Source: the human T2T-CHM13v2.0 reference genome, Homo sapiens
Reading direction: 5' to 3' (one strand)
DNA length: 64,000 nt
Assembly (NCBI RefSeq): GCF_009914755.1
Contig: NC_060947.1
Each line of letters starts with the position of its first letter. The first letter of the stretch is position 1. A program made the position numbers and the translations under genes. Below the pieces are notes generated by a model. It ran no database searches. It was not told where the DNA came from and worked only from the letters and a program-made list of their open reading frames with translations. This document shows positions 1 through 14,454 of this stretch, piece after piece.

Positions 1-476
1 TTCTGAAGTAATGATAAATCAGGCTAAGAAAGGCTGAAGTTTCACATTTGGGAGCTAGCAAGGTAATCTTTGCTAAGTAATGTGTGTGAATAAGTTTAAG
101 GAGGTGAGGTAGGCAAGAAACAGGTGAACCAAGGAGACCTGGTCCTAAGGTAAATTTACCTCATCCATTTCAGGTGAGTAGCATCCTGTTTGCATATCAT
201 TCGCATCTCTTCCTTGGCACAGACTTCTGGTAAGTGTTTTCCCATCTTCATATGTGTTGGTAAATGAAATAACAAAAGTATTTCATTCGAATGGAAATAA
301 CACAAATGCCTGTCTTTTGAAATACTCTTTAAACTTAATTTCTGAATGTTTTAGAACAACTCTTAGCCTCTTCTAGGATTTCTGAGACTTGACTACATTT
401 TTGAACAACTGATTATAGGTTTTCCAGAATTTTAGGGAGTTAATATGTACATCAATTGCCTAGAGTTTATTTGCAG

Positions 477-541
477 ATTATACTGCAGCATTATCGAGCA
501 ATCCATCCACATTTACTGATATTCTCACAGCATGCCCAACA
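477..541 (+). CDS. Candidate internal coding exon (D)YTAALSSNPSTFTDILTACPT of an unidentified gene
   Basis: Acceptor tttatttgcag|, weak donor aca|gtagga, open frame ending in phase 0, which is compatible with the segment at 2838. Confidence 0.25.
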
Positions 542-870
542 GTAGGATAGCATTGAAAAATAGCAGGCCTTATCCCCATTTCTTGCAAAACAAAATTACA
601 ATCTGGCTAGAGAAGTAAGTCTTAGAGAATGTTTATAACCACAAATAGATAATTCAATACAAAAAAGATATCCAACACAGGATTGATATTAAAGGTAGCT
701 AGAGAAGGGCAAAAATCAGGGCTAGGCAAAATGAGTCAGAGTTTAATTAAGGAGGTGAAGCTTGAGTGGGATTTAAATGAAGCTGAGATATAGACACAGA
801 AAGAACACAGTTATATCAATAATCTGAAAACAATGATGCACCCTCCTTTTCACAAAAGCTTCTTTCTATG

Positions 871-1256
871 ATTGCACCACTGCATTCCAGCCTGGGAAAC
901 AGAATCAGACCCCATTTTAAAAATAAATAAATAGGCCAGGAGCAGTGGCTCACGCCTGTAATCCCAGCACTTTGGGAGGCCAAGGTGGGCTGATCACCTG
1001 AGGTCTGGAGTTTGAGACCAGCCTGGCCAACATGGGGAAACGCTGTCTTTACTAAAAATACAAAAATTAGCCAGGTGTGGTGGCGGTTGACTGTAATCCC
1101 AGCTGCTTGGGAGGATAAGGCAGAAGAATCACTTGAACTCAGGAGGTGGAGGAGGTTGCAGTGAGCCGAGATCGTGCCATTGCACTCCAGCCTGGGCAAC
1201 AAGAACGAAACTGTCTCAATAATAATAATAATACTATACAATAAAAAATAAATAAA
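871..1256 (+). mobile_element. Alu 3' fragment (871-933) with a full AluS-type element (934-1256) in its tail
   Basis: Alu consensus motifs; flanking near-direct repeats aaagcttct(t)tct at ~855 and ~1254. Confidence 0.85.
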
Positions 1257-1316
1257 GCTTCTTCTGACTCGAAACTGGAAGGTAGAAAAAAAGATAGTTA
1301 AAGAATGGTGCAGTTT

Positions 1317-1640
1317 GGCCAGGTGCAGTGACTTGCCCCTGTAATCTCAGCACTCTCGGAGGCCGAGGCTGGCAGATCGCTTGAGCCCAGGAGTTTGAGA
1401 CCAGCCTGGGCAACATGACGAAACCCCATCTCTACAAAGAATACAAAAAGTAGTCCGGCGTGGTGGCACATGCCTGTAATCCCAGCTACTTGGGAGGCTG
1501 AGGTGGGAGGATCACCTGAGCCTAGGAGGTCAAGGCTGCAGTGAGCCATGATTATGCCATTGCATACCAGCCTGTGCAACAGAGTGAGAGCCTCTCTCAA
1601 CAACAACAAAAAAAAAAAAAAGAAAAAGAAAAGAAGAAAA
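1317..1640 (+). mobile_element. AluJ-type SINE
   Basis: Dimeric Alu with gcttgagcccaggag and ggtcaaggctgcag; TSD-like aa(g/c)aatggtgca on both sides. Confidence 0.9.
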
Positions 1641-1856
1641 AACAATGGTGCATTTCATTTGATTAACGTGTAAACACCAACTTCCCCAGTCCAAACCACG
1701 AACTTCTTTCATCACATAGCTCTGAAATGTTGCTGCTGAAATATTTCTGATGAAATGCTGCTAATAAAATATATTGTTTTGTATATAGTAGATATTCAAA
1801 GTGTTTTTATAGAATTAAATTGAGAAGTAAAGACACTAGCTTAATTCCTCTGGTTA

Positions 1857-2175
<319 letters not shown>

Positions 2176-2837
2176 TTATAATAATAATCTAGTGGAGAAA
2201 GGACTCAGCTTCAGCTTCACAAATATTCAGCAAATAATGCACGAGCACAAATTTATTGATAGTGATATAGTTGCTTTTCAGCTGCTAATAGATATAGGTA
2301 ATGTATATATAACTTTTTTTTTAAATTGGACTTTTATTTAGCAGGTATGCTATGCCCCGAATATATGATTTGTATAAAATATAGTAGAATTTAAAAGGAT
2401 CATCTGCATGCTATCTTAAAAATCAAATATTAACAAATATATTTGATTTAATTTCATTCAGAATATTTGAAACTATATAGCTGAATTAATGCTGATTAAC
2501 AAGTTTATTGACCATAAGCAGCAAAATCACCATGAGAAAAAAACTGCCAAAAATATGTCTTTTCTCCAACCAAGGTGTTTAATAACTCTTGTTCCTCTTA
2601 CATCAAAGTAGAAAATTCAGCATGAAAAATGACATAAAGTTTTAAATTGGCTTTTAACTGCTTTCTGACAAAAACACAAACGTGATAGTGAATGAGGCAG
2701 CCTTTTAATTTTCCTCATTTGTTAAAATCTCCATAAAGTCATCTCTTTATTTTATAATATTCATTTTACTATGCTCTATTCAGTCCCAGAATAATTCATA
2801 TGGTGTGTAAAACTATAACAAGTAGCTTTATGTGTAG

Positions 2838-3017
2838 GTTCTCCCCCGCTTTGGAGATTATGATCAGAAAGGAGGTCGCTGTGTCAAAGGCTGTGCTCAC
2901 ATGTGTCCATACTGTTTTCCAAGAACTGACTGGCCTTCTAATAGAATTAGTCATTCAACGTGTAACTATACCACAGAGAATCAAGATATTTTATTTCCCT
3001 CAACATTGCATCCCTAG
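2838..3017 (+). CDS. Candidate terminal coding exon VLPRFGDYDQKGGRCVKGCAHMCPYCFPRTDWPSNRISHSTCNYTTENQDILFPSTLHP*
   Basis: Acceptor tgtgtag|, 59 open codons to TAG at 3015-3017, retained CpGs in AT-rich context, AATAAA at 3235-3240; no homolog recognised. Confidence 0.3.
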   Translation, partial: VLPRFGDYDQKGGRCVKGCAHMCPYCFPRTDWPSNRISHSTCNYTTENQDILFPSTLHP

Positions 3018-4471
3018 GGCTTCCAAATTCTTACTTGAGTTCCACAGTTTTCCTTAGCTCCCTTTGCTAACCTGTCTTTGTTTTGGTCCTTCCTCATTTA
3101 TGCCTTCATGATATATAGAACCACCGGACAATGCATTCATTTACTTCACTTTTTTTTTCTGTTTTTTGCTTTTCATAAATGTTTGCGATCGCCCATTGAA
3201 TTTTGTCAATATTATAGAATCTGTTAACTGCAACAATAAACACAGTCCTAAACTTTACTTTATCTGTTCTCATTAATTAGTGTTCTAATTAGATTTTACT
3301 CTACATAGTATTCCTCTCCGTGTTTTACAAAATCATGTTTTAACCTTTTGCTTATATGTACTCTTCTTTCAAATGTAGAAAAAAAATTAATTAAAAAAGA
3401 TGGAATCTCTTTTGAAGATATAACAAATTCAGATGTTGCTAAACCTACAACTAGGTAATTGTGAGCAAAATTAGCTACCGGCTGTTCGTTCTAAAGTAAC
3501 AAGTGTTTGCCTGTGTCAGTAATTATTTCTACATAAAATTTTGCACTTTTGCATTTTGACAATTAATTAAACCATGCAGTTAAATTATACATGATAATTA
3601 GTCATGAAAGAACAAAATGCAAATAAAGAAAACTTAGAAAAAGCAGCCCTCATAAAGAGTAAATTTTCTAGCCGCATATGAAGATAAGCCTATTGAGCAA
3701 CCATCTAAAATACCTTTTTATAGAACTAGTTATACAGTTAAGGTGAGAGATATACTGAGAATTGTCTGCCCTTGTGCTACATGTTCTGGCATCCCCCAAG
3801 AATCCCAAGAATCCCTGGTGATGCGGACAGGTGTGCAGCTCCCTGAATGTGCAACTGTTTCTCTCTGGGTGCTTTTTGCCCCTTTCTGCTTCACAATACA
3901 ATGTCTCTGGGAAGTGACTTGTCATCTCTCCCAATACCCCCTCCTCCCTGATCTGGCCATAAGTTCCAGGCACGGTTCTAGGCACTGGAGATATAACAGT
4001 GAACAAAAGAAAGCCCCTGCCCTCATGGAACTGACTTTCTATAGGGAGGAGACAGAACAAATACACAAGTAAGTACATACAATTTTAGGTAGTGATACAT
4101 TCTATCATGAAAAATAAAATCAGAGAAGCGAATTGAGATTGAGAATTGGAGCTTACTGTAGTGGTTATTGGAAAAGGCCTCTTTAAGGAGATAGTATTTT
4201 ATCAGAGACCTGCAAGAAGTGAGGTGGTGAGTTATTTAAACATCTTGCAGGGATTACCTTTCCAATGAGAAACCAAAAGGTGAAGCCACCAAAGTGAAAA
4301 CATACTTGTTTCAATGACCAGAAAGGATACCAGTGTGTCTGGGGCAGAGAGGGTGAAGGGAGAGTAGGATGAGTCCAGAACGGTATCAGGGACCAGATCA
4401 TGTAAGGTTTTGTAGGCTACAGTAAAGACTTATTTCGGATTTTACTCTGAGGGTACCGGGAAGCCAAGGGT

Positions 4472-4770
4472 GTTTTTTTGTTTTTGTTTTTGAGACAGGG
4501 TCTTGCTCTGTTGCCCAGGCTGGTGTGCAGTGGCACGATTATGGCTTAATGCAGCCTTAATCTCCCGGGCTTAGGCAATCCTCCCACCTCAGGGAGGGTG
4601 AGACTACAGGCACATGTCACTATGCCTAGCTATTTTTTTTAAATTTAATTTTGTAGAGATGGGGTCTTACTATGTTGCCCAGACTAGTCTCTAACTCCTG
4701 GGTTCAAGCAATTCTCTTGTCTCAGCCTCACAAAATGCTGGGATTACAGGCATGAGCCACCATGCCCAGT
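4472..4770 (-). mobile_element. AluJ-type SINE
   Basis: Reverse-complement Alu with T-rich tail. Confidence 0.88.
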
Positions 4771-4917
4771 CCAAGGGTGGGTTTGGAACTGTAAAAACAA
4801 ATCACCAAATTGAGAGATTGTTATGGGCCAGGCACTTAACCCCATCCAACTGCAAGAGAAGCTTAGTTCCAAAGTTCTGGTGACAGAAAAGGAGCATATT
4901 TAACACGCTTTGACCTC

Positions 4918-5522
4918 TGTATTTGTTGTCTACCACTCTACTGTGGCATAACCAATTACCCCAAAACTTAATGTCTTAACACGTATTTATTATCTCACAG
5001 TTTCCATGGGTCAGATGTTCTGGTGTGATTTAGATGGGTTCTCTGATTTTAGAATCTCTAACAAGGCTGCAATCGAGGTGTCAGCTAAGGCTGCAGTTTC
5101 ATCTGAAGACTCAATTTTGGGATAACTTACATGATACATGGCAAAATTCAGTTCCTTAAAGGTTTTTAGTTTGAGGCCTTGGTTCCTCATGACCTGTTGA
5201 TCAGAGGCACTTCTTGTGTTTCTTTTTGCCATGTATGCCTCTCCATAAATTATCTTACAACATAACAGCAAGCAAGCTACAGAGCAAGAGAGAGTAACAA
5301 TAAAAGAGACAGAGAGACACAGAGAGAGAGAGAGATAGCAAGATGAAATTCAATCTTTTGTAATCTTATCATAAAATTGTCATCCCATCACTTTTGCCAT
5401 ATTCTATTGGATAGAAGGAAGTTACTAAGTCCAGCCCACACTTAAGGGGGAAGGGATAACCCAAGGTCATGAATTCTAGGAGGCAGAAATCACTGAGAGC
5501 CATGTCAGAAGTTGTCTACCAT
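4918..5522 (-). mobile_element. MLT1-family MaLR LTR
   Basis: MLT1-like motifs accaattaccccaaaacttaa, tttattatctcacagtttc, cagccca...aagggg; degraded. Confidence 0.65.
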
Positions 5523-6188
5523 GTCCTCTATCTGCACCAGGCTCTGCTTAGCCTACAACATCTGAAGCATGGTTCAGACCAAGGCCCAACCCAGGCCCAG
5601 AATGTGAAGAGCTGAGGACTTGGGACAAGGTGAGCAGGAGAAAGTCAAAAAAGAATATCCTATGTTTAAGAAATCTACAATGTCCAGGAAGATCAGCAAA
5701 GTCAGAAAAAAAGAGGCAGGTACCACTGGAGCAGAGGATTGAATTAATCACACTCTTTTGTTATGGGCACATTCTCATCATAAGTCCATGCAAACCCTGT
5801 TTAAGTTTTTATTTATCTATTCCATGCATTCATTCATTCATTCCTTTTTTATAACAATTTTATTGTATTATAATTCACATACTATAAAATTCACCCATTT
5901 GAGGTATACAATTCAATGGTTTTAGTATACTCACAGAGTTTTGCAATTTTACTGTAGTCTAAGTTTAGAATATTTTTATCATCCAAAAAAGCAATAACAA
6001 ATCTATTGTTAGCGAAGTTCCATGTCCCCAACTTCCAGCACCTGGCAACCATGAATCTACTTTCTGTCCTTATGGATTTGCCTACTCTAGATATCTCATC
6101 TATGTGGAATCATATAACATGTGTCCATTTGTGTCTGGCTTATTTCGCTGAGTATAATGAACCTTTTCAAGGTTCATTCATGTTATAG

Positions 6189-6517
<329 letters not shown>

Positions 6518-7024
6518 ACTTTATTTCTTTTTATTGCCAAATTACATTTTGTTATATGGGTGTATTTTATTTATCATCAGTTGATGAACATTTGGCTTGT
6601 TTTCACTTTTTGGCTATTATGAATAATGCTGCTATCAACATGTGTCTATTAGTTAATATTATATATATATACACATACCCCTATATGTACATACACATGT
6701 ACATACATATATGCATACATACAAAGGCAAAATTGCTGGACCATGGAGACTGTGTATACTTAATTGAACTGAGCAGTATTTGCTTGATTTCTTTGCAATT
6801 GGCTGGCCCTGTCTATGTTCCCACAGCAAAGCATGAGAATTCCTATAATACCTCAGCTCTGTCAATACTTGGTAATCTCCAGCTTTCTAATTTTTCCTGT
6901 CCAGAAGGTATAAGATCATATTACATAGTTGCTTTAATTTACATTTCTCTGATTATAATGAATTGGAGCATCTCCTCATATGTGTGTTTGCTTTTTGGGT
7001 TAACTCCTTTATAAATTACCTGCT

Positions 7025-7369
7025 TGTATTTTCCATTTTCACACTGCTATCAAAATACTACCCAAGACTGGGTAATTTATAAACAAAAGAGGTTTAATTG
7101 ACTCACAGTCCTCATGGCTTGGGAGGCCTCAGGAAACTTACAATCAGGGGAAGGGGAAGCAAGGCACCTTCTTCACAAGGTGGCAGGAAGAAGTGCCCAG
7201 TGAAGGGAGAAGATCCCCTTATAAAACCATCAGATATTGTGAGAACTCACTCACTATCACGAGAACAGCATGGGGGAAAACGCCCTCACAATCCAGTCAC
7301 CTCCCTCCACACGTGGGGATTACAGGTTGAGATAAGATTTGGGTAGGGACACAGAGCCAAACCGTATCA
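7025..7369 (-). mobile_element. THE1(D-like) MaLR solo LTR
   Basis: tgtatt...gggacacagagccaaaccgtatca termini; 5-bp TSD CTGCT at 7020-7024 and 7370-7374. Confidence 0.85.
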
Positions 7370-7686
7370 CTGCTCCTTTATACTTTAATCATTTTTCTAT
7401 TATGCTTTCTTTTTTTGTGTTGCTTTTTACAAGTGTCTTATCTAGCTTAAAGTTAGTTCCTCTTGGTTTTAGATATTGCAAATATTTTCTCCCATCCTGC
7501 CATCCATCTTGAATTTTGTTCGTAGTGTCCTTCATGAACAGAAATCCTTAATTGTAATGCAATCAAATCAATTAACATTGACTTCACATTTTGGGTTTTG
7601 GAGTCTTAAGAAATCCTTTCCCATTCCAAGACAAAAACAATATTTTACAATTTCTTTTTTGTTGCTACCATTTTTTCCTTTCATAA

Positions 7687-8010
<324 letters not shown>

Positions 8011-9139
8011 TGAAATCATCTGGAATCCACCTTCATATAGGTTGTTAGAGAGGAACCTAGTTTGATTGTTCTGCACATAATAAGACAATTTTCCCAGCAC
8101 TGTCTACTAACTGATCCATGCTTTTCCATAACCTGTGATGCCATATTTATTGTATCCTATAATCCCATGCATAGCTGGGTCTTGCTGGGTCTCTGAGCTC
8201 TTCATTCTGTACTATGATCTACTTAAATTTGACACTATCTCTAGCATGACTTTAGCTTCATTCTGTATGCATTCACCTTGGTCATTTTATTCATTGCCAG
8301 GAATAGAATAACTTACCTGAAAAAGGAAAAGCAAAGAAGCCAATCTTGCAAGATGAACCTGAGGGGAGGCTTACCTGCTGGATTCAGTGGTGCTTAGCTG
8401 CAGAGTGTTCACTTCAGTATGCCAAGAGGGCTGAGGGTCCCTTGCAGAGTTAAAAGCTCAGTCCACTTTCCAAGAATCTTCTCACTTTTCTTCATTCTAA
8501 AGGGCTTCTGGCAGTTTCCTTCCTTATGGGGCAGCCAGGAACTCATGCCCTACACTGTTATAAATCAAGAGGTTTGATGTACTTCTAGCAAGTCCAGTAG
8601 GAACCAGACTTTCTCAAATAGCTTAATTAAATGACGGCTATTGTTAATTTACACTAGTATCCTATTAGCTGTCCACAGAGATTTCTATTATCCAACATCA
8701 GTAGTGAGAATGAGGCAGATATTATTAGAAAAGCATGGAATTAGGACATATAAGTGCCATTAGGCTGTATTCAAATAGAATATTAGTATCTATTCATATT
8801 ATAATTATTTTTTGTATCTTCAAGTTAGTTAGCCACTGACCAGCCATTAGGAGTAGTTATCAACTGGGTTTCACGGCAATCTTGTGTCATGTTTAAAATA
8901 ATCATAATGGATATGTATTTTGCTTATTTTATCTCCAGCCACGAAGCCCACTCTTGGTTTGAGCTAACTGTGGTGCATGACTGTCTGCACCTGCAGACAA
9001 TGAGACGTTTGTGAGCAGGGAAGCCAATGTGTAGCTTTTGCATAGTTTCTCATAATCATCAATTTCCTATCTTTCCTTTTCCTTTCATCTCTGGCGTACA
9101 CTCCAGCTCCTACTTCTAGATTCTTTTATTGTCTTGTAT

Positions 9140-10090
9140 CAAAATTTTGAGATAAAATTTACCCTTTTAAAGCATACAATTCAGTGTTTTTTCAATGTAT
9201 TCACAAGGTTGTGCAAATACCACCATTACGTAATTCCAGAACATATTCATCACCACCAAGAGAAACCCCATGCATTAGTAGTCACTTCCCAGTCTCCCTC
9301 CTCCCAGCTCCTGGCAACCACTAATATACTTTCTATCTCTCTGGATTTGCCCATTCTGGACATTTCGTATAAATAGAAGCTATTCTTTTATTATGGTAAA
9401 AACATATCACATGAAATTTACCATCTTAATCATTTTTAAGTGTACACTTCAATAGTGGTAAGTACATTCACATTGTTTTGCAATCAATCTCCAGAAGTCT
9501 TTATATCTTGCAAAACTGAAATTCTGTCCCCATTAAACACTAACTCCCCATTCCTCCCTTGCCCAGCCCTTGGCCACTACCATTCTACCTTCAGTCTATT
9601 TGAATGTGACTAATCTAGGAACCTCAGATAAGCTAATCATACAGTATTTGTGTTTTTGTGACTGGTTTATTTCACTTAGCATATGCTGTCAAGGTTTATT
9701 CATATTGTAGCATCAATCGGTACTTCATTTTTATGGCTGAATAGTATTCTATTGTAAGGATATACCATATTTTGTTTATCCATTCTTCAGTTGATGGACA
9801 TTTGGGTTGTTTCCACTTATTGGCTATTATGAATAATATGAATTAGGAGCATTCATGTGCAAGTATTTCTTTGGATGTAAATTTTTAAATTTTCTTTGTC
9901 ATATACCTAGGAATGGAATTGCTGGGTCTTATGGTATCTGTGTGTTTAACCTTTTCAGGAACCACCAGACTGTTTTCCACAGCAGCTGCATCATTTTACA
10001 TATCCACTAGCAGTGTGTGAGAGGTCTAATATCTCCACATCCTCATCAACACTTGTTATTATTTGTCCTTTTGATAGCCATTCTTGTGGG
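9140..10090 (-). mobile_element. Old L1M (MB/MC-like) 3'-end fragments, apparently nested
   Basis: Two successive L1M 3'-end-like starts (~9140, ~9390) and typical L1M motifs. Confidence 0.7.
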
Positions 10091-12064
10091 TTGCAGCAGG
10101 GGTTCCCTGCCTCCCTAACCCTGCAATTTCTGAACTGACTTAGGGCAGAGGGAGCCAGGTGAGAGGGGATTTTAGTTGTTCCAAAGGTATACCTACAGGA
10201 AGACTAGTAACTGGATCAATTTTATTTTTTAACAAAAGCTCTTAGTTTTCTATTTGAAAAAGATCATTCTGAACGCTCAGTTTTCGCTTGATTATAATAA
10301 TTAGGTGACCAGACTGCTTAAATAAACAATGCTGTGATAAGCCGGAAGAGAATGATCACTCAAGCAGATCTGCCCTGGGTTTGCCCTGCCTCTTTGGACG
10401 AGTGATTGAACTTCTGAGTGTTCTTCTCTTCTGTAAAATGAGGTAAAATCGTGATAAAATGAAAAGTTGTATGTAAAAGAACCTGCACACATCTTCAGAA
10501 TATGTCCATGATAAATCTCTATTTTGTCATTCTTTGGTTTTTAATGACCTGGCTTTTTATGAAAATTTCATTTGATTTTAGCCCTTGGGTATTCCTTGTT
10601 GAAGTCTTCTGGCTATCTGTGACAAGCAACACAGAGAAAGTGGAGAATAGTGAGGTGGCTTTTCTAAAGAGAAGAACATTTTGTTGATTTTTTAAAAAAG
10701 GAGGGATATTAGAGTCCTACATATTTCAGTATTTTTGAAGCTTCATATTATTGAGACAAAATTGTTATAGTTGTCATGGTAAGTGGTGTTTTTTTTTCAT
10801 AGCAACTGAAGCCACAAATAATTACACAAATGCTGAAAAAAAAAAAAACCCAAAAATGACCAGAGGGCAAAAACATGGCTTGCTCACAATCTTTAGGTGA
10901 AGACATTTTCTCCTATAAAAACATTTTAAAGTTCCGTGCCTACAGCCTGTGCTTTTGATTTAAGCTACCCTAAGATTGCTTGGGCAGTAGTAACTGCTTC
11001 AGAATGGAAAGACTTAGTGCCCAAGGCTCTTTACTTGGGCTGGCTAGGCCAGTTCTAGGGTCTCATGTAAACCAGTTTAAAAAGATGAACACAGTTCATC
11101 AAACTGGATACCAGTTTTAAAAGATGGACAAGATGGCATAAATTGCATGGAGCCAGGGGGCTCTCTGGTTGACTTGAACCAGGATGTTTCTTATTGCAGA
11201 GGCCCAGGAACACAACTTAGAGATGGCCCAGCTTGCCTGAGATCCCACATAAAAAGAGAATTGGCAACCAAGGCTGGAACTAAGATGTAGCAAGTGGAGT
11301 GCCCAGGGCACATTTAAGGAGGCATTCACTCCCAGGGTCACGCAACATTACATGAGCTATTTGGAAATGTAAAATGTGTGATGCTAAGGCAGCTCAAAGG
11401 AGAAATTTATCTGGGCTACTGTAGCACTAAATCACAATATTAAATTGATCCTTACCCTGCTCCCTTTCCTATTCGCCCACCAAACCAGGGTCTGACACTG
11501 TGGTAGGGGCTTGGGAAGACAGGGAATCTCCCATATGGTCCCTGCCCTCTGTCAGCTACCAGATAGTGGTACACATAATTCTGAACCGAGATCAAAGAGA
11601 TGTAGAAGTGCCTCCCAGTTGAGAAGTCTTGGACGGGTGAGAAATGTGGCATGGTTAGCACAGAAGCTGTACTTTAGGAGGCAGGAGACATGAAATGGGA
11701 AAGGAGGCCTGGATTAGTTCAGGAAGGCTAAGAGAAACTAACACCTATCACGTCCACTATTTGCCAAGCAAGGAAAGGCCCCCTGGGTTTTGATGACCGG
11801 ATAGGGCAGAGAAAGCCAGAACAGTTAAAGGACCATTGCCACAGTCTAGCCCAGAGATCTACACTAGGAGTCCAAGCCAGTGACCAGATCTCCTGCCTGA
11901 AACTCACTGGGATGTAGTGTCCATATGGAAGGATTCTTGTGCCTTGTACATTCCTCATTTTCTTACTAAAGAACTGCATAGAGTTTGGAAGATATATTTG
12001 ACCAAATTCATTTCTTTTTTTAAAAAATTAATGTTCCAATTTCATCCATGGAACATTAATTTTT

Positions 12065-12378
12065 TAAACTATCGCAAGAACAAAAAACCAAACACCGCAT
12101 ATTCTCACTCATAGGTGGGAATTGAACAATGAGATCACATGGACACAGGAAGGGGAATATCACACTCTGGGGACTGTTGTGGGGTGGGGGGAGGGGGGAG
12201 GGATAGCACTGGGAGATATACCTAATGCTAGATGACGAGTTAGTGGGTGCAGCGCACCAGCATGGCACATGTATACATATGTAACTAACCTGCACAATGT
12301 GCACATGTACCCTAAAATTTAAAGTATAATAATATTAAATTAAAAAAAATAAATAAGTAAAAATAAAAATAAAAAAAG
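12065..12378 (+). mobile_element. Young 5'-truncated L1 (L1PA2-like) 3' end with A-rich tail
   Basis: Near-consensus L1 3'UTR (gagatcacatggacacaggaaggggaatatcacac); GAG rather than ACA/ACG at the Ta-diagnostic site (gatgacgagttag). Confidence 0.9.
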
Positions 12379-12389
12379 AAATTTGAAAA

Positions 12390-14454
12390 AGCAAAAACCT
12401 TCTACAATCCTTTACAAATTTTGCTAAAGAGCAGATTAGTGCCTTAAGAGTATCTTGTTGTGCTTTTATTTCAATGCTCAATTTACAGAAAAACCATATA
12501 ATATCCTTTTGAATTTAGTCCGTAAGTTCACACACAGAATTTCTTTGGCAATATTAATTGTTACAATCCTTTCACAACATGTTTGACCTTTTATCTTTAT
12601 CTTATCTAACTCAAAACAATCCTTTAACCCTAGGCAAGAATTTACATTTCCACACCTTCTTATAATATTGTATTAAAAACATATTTTACTGTTCTTACAC
12701 ACCTTGCATGTAAATTTATTTCTAGCAGTTTCAATTACATGTTATAATGGTAGCTCCTAGAAATTTTTAACTTTAATGTAAAACCTGGTAAGTTGTTTTA
12801 ATTATGTGCTAGGTGCAGCCAAGTTTGACTCCTTCCAGCATAATTAAGGGTGTGGTTAGTTCCATATGTCCCCAGGCCTTATCAGTTGTGAAGCAGGCTA
12901 CTTAAATAGTTCTCAAAAAACAAAAAATCAGTTATAACCTTAAAACATTTAGCAAACCTAGTATCTGACCTGCATAATTTAGTTCACCTATTAATATTTT
13001 GACAATATCTGCACTTTACCAATAATCTTTAAGGCTGTTTTTATTTCTCAAAGATTACAGTCATGTGAACTAAAAGGTACCAGAGCTTTATATTCCCTTT
13101 AAAAAAATATTTGATCCAAGCGCTTATCTTCCTTTAGGCCAATTAATTAGAACTCTTTTCATAGACACCACACATACAACACATATATAGCTACACAGAC
13201 AGGTAGAAGAAAACCCAGTTGCCGTAAGATTTTTTGTTTGCCAATCTCCTAATTGGATTATTGGCCTCCAGGTGGAGTCCTTTAAAAGACAGGGCTCAGA
13301 AAACTTGTAGCTTCTAAGGCCTAGTAAACAGACATAGGTGGGGCAAAAACAGATTTTGAGAAGGATCTATCTGCTTTTAATTCCTGGGGTTCCATGAGGA
13401 AAACAGAGGTCTCCCCACTCTCATGTGTGCATTAAGAGTGGCAAGGCAAAATGGAGAAAAATAATTCAATCAACTGAGAAAACACCTTTTTCTAGCAAAA
13501 CAAGGTCCAAGAAAAGAAAAACATAAAGGCCTTTTAAATATACCTATAACTTGGATATCCACTTTAATTAAGCTGAGCACTCTTTAAGAAAATCATTTTA
13601 ACTCCCTTATTATCCAATTTTAGCCATGCCAAGTGGCCAATATCTCTGGCTTTCAAACCTTATTAAGGCTCAGAGAAAGGAAAATCCAAGGATTAGTGGA
13701 GGGAAAGAGAGTCAACAAATAGCAAAGGATGCAAAGATATCAAACTAGAAAGGACTCATTCCCTAAGCCAGGATTGAATCGGGGCCACCACTGTAAAATG
13801 GCAGAGGCTAAACAAAGCATTGCTATGTGGTTACAGGTCATGCTCCCAAGGAGGTAAAACAAGATGGAGGACTGCCACAAAGTTTGCTATGTACCATATA
13901 GAAAGACACACAAAGCACACCAGATTGGCTATAGCTCAAGACCACCCTCACAAATCCTTTTTCATAATTAAAACTTTACAGAGAATATAAACAGTGAACT
14001 TTATCATTACTGGCCTAGTAAAACATTTTGAAAAGAAAAAAAAACACCTCACTTAAAAGTTAACTCATCACCTGGTAGAGAAAGAAAGAAAGCTTAAAGT
14101 ACAGGGCTGTGTTAACTGCTGACAGGGTAGAGAAAAGGAAAAAAACTTTAAAGTGAAGGGCTGGAAAGATGCCTGGGGGAAGAACCTCTTATTCTTATGC
14201 CAATGGGCTCCTCCAACTGGGAGACAAACTTAAGAGGGGAGCTGGGGAGCTGCCGGTTCGCCCGTCCATCCCCAAAAAAGAAGGAAAAAGGTGACATTAC
14301 CGACCCCCAGGAGCAACATGAATGGGAGAGGTATAATTTTCTCTACCCTCAGAAGAAGTCTGAGGACAAAAAGGCTTAGAAGTGAAAGGAAGAAACAGTT
14401 TTTGGTTTGCATGTTACTAACCTTTTCCCATGTCCCCATACAGGCCACCAAAAA
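12390..14454 (-). mobile_element. Truncated internal region of a MER4-group ERV1 (MER61/MER83-like)
   Basis: AT-rich non-coding MER4-group-like internal sequence directly following a PBS and LTR; exact family not confirmed. Confidence 0.7.
14433..14450 (-). promoter_or_regulatory. Primer-binding site, tRNA-Ile(AAU)-like
   Basis: Minus strand TGGTGGCCTGTATGGGGA versus tRNA-Ile complement TGGTGGCCCGTACGGGGA (two CpG transitions), 4 nt from the LTR end. Confidence 0.75.

Noticed and set aside
8295-8550. Minus-strand splice donors and a possible exon
   Set aside because: All frames contain stops and the acceptor is weak; not enough support.
11117-11341. 74-aa hydrophobic minus-strand ORF
   Set aside because: No splice signals or recognisable family motif.
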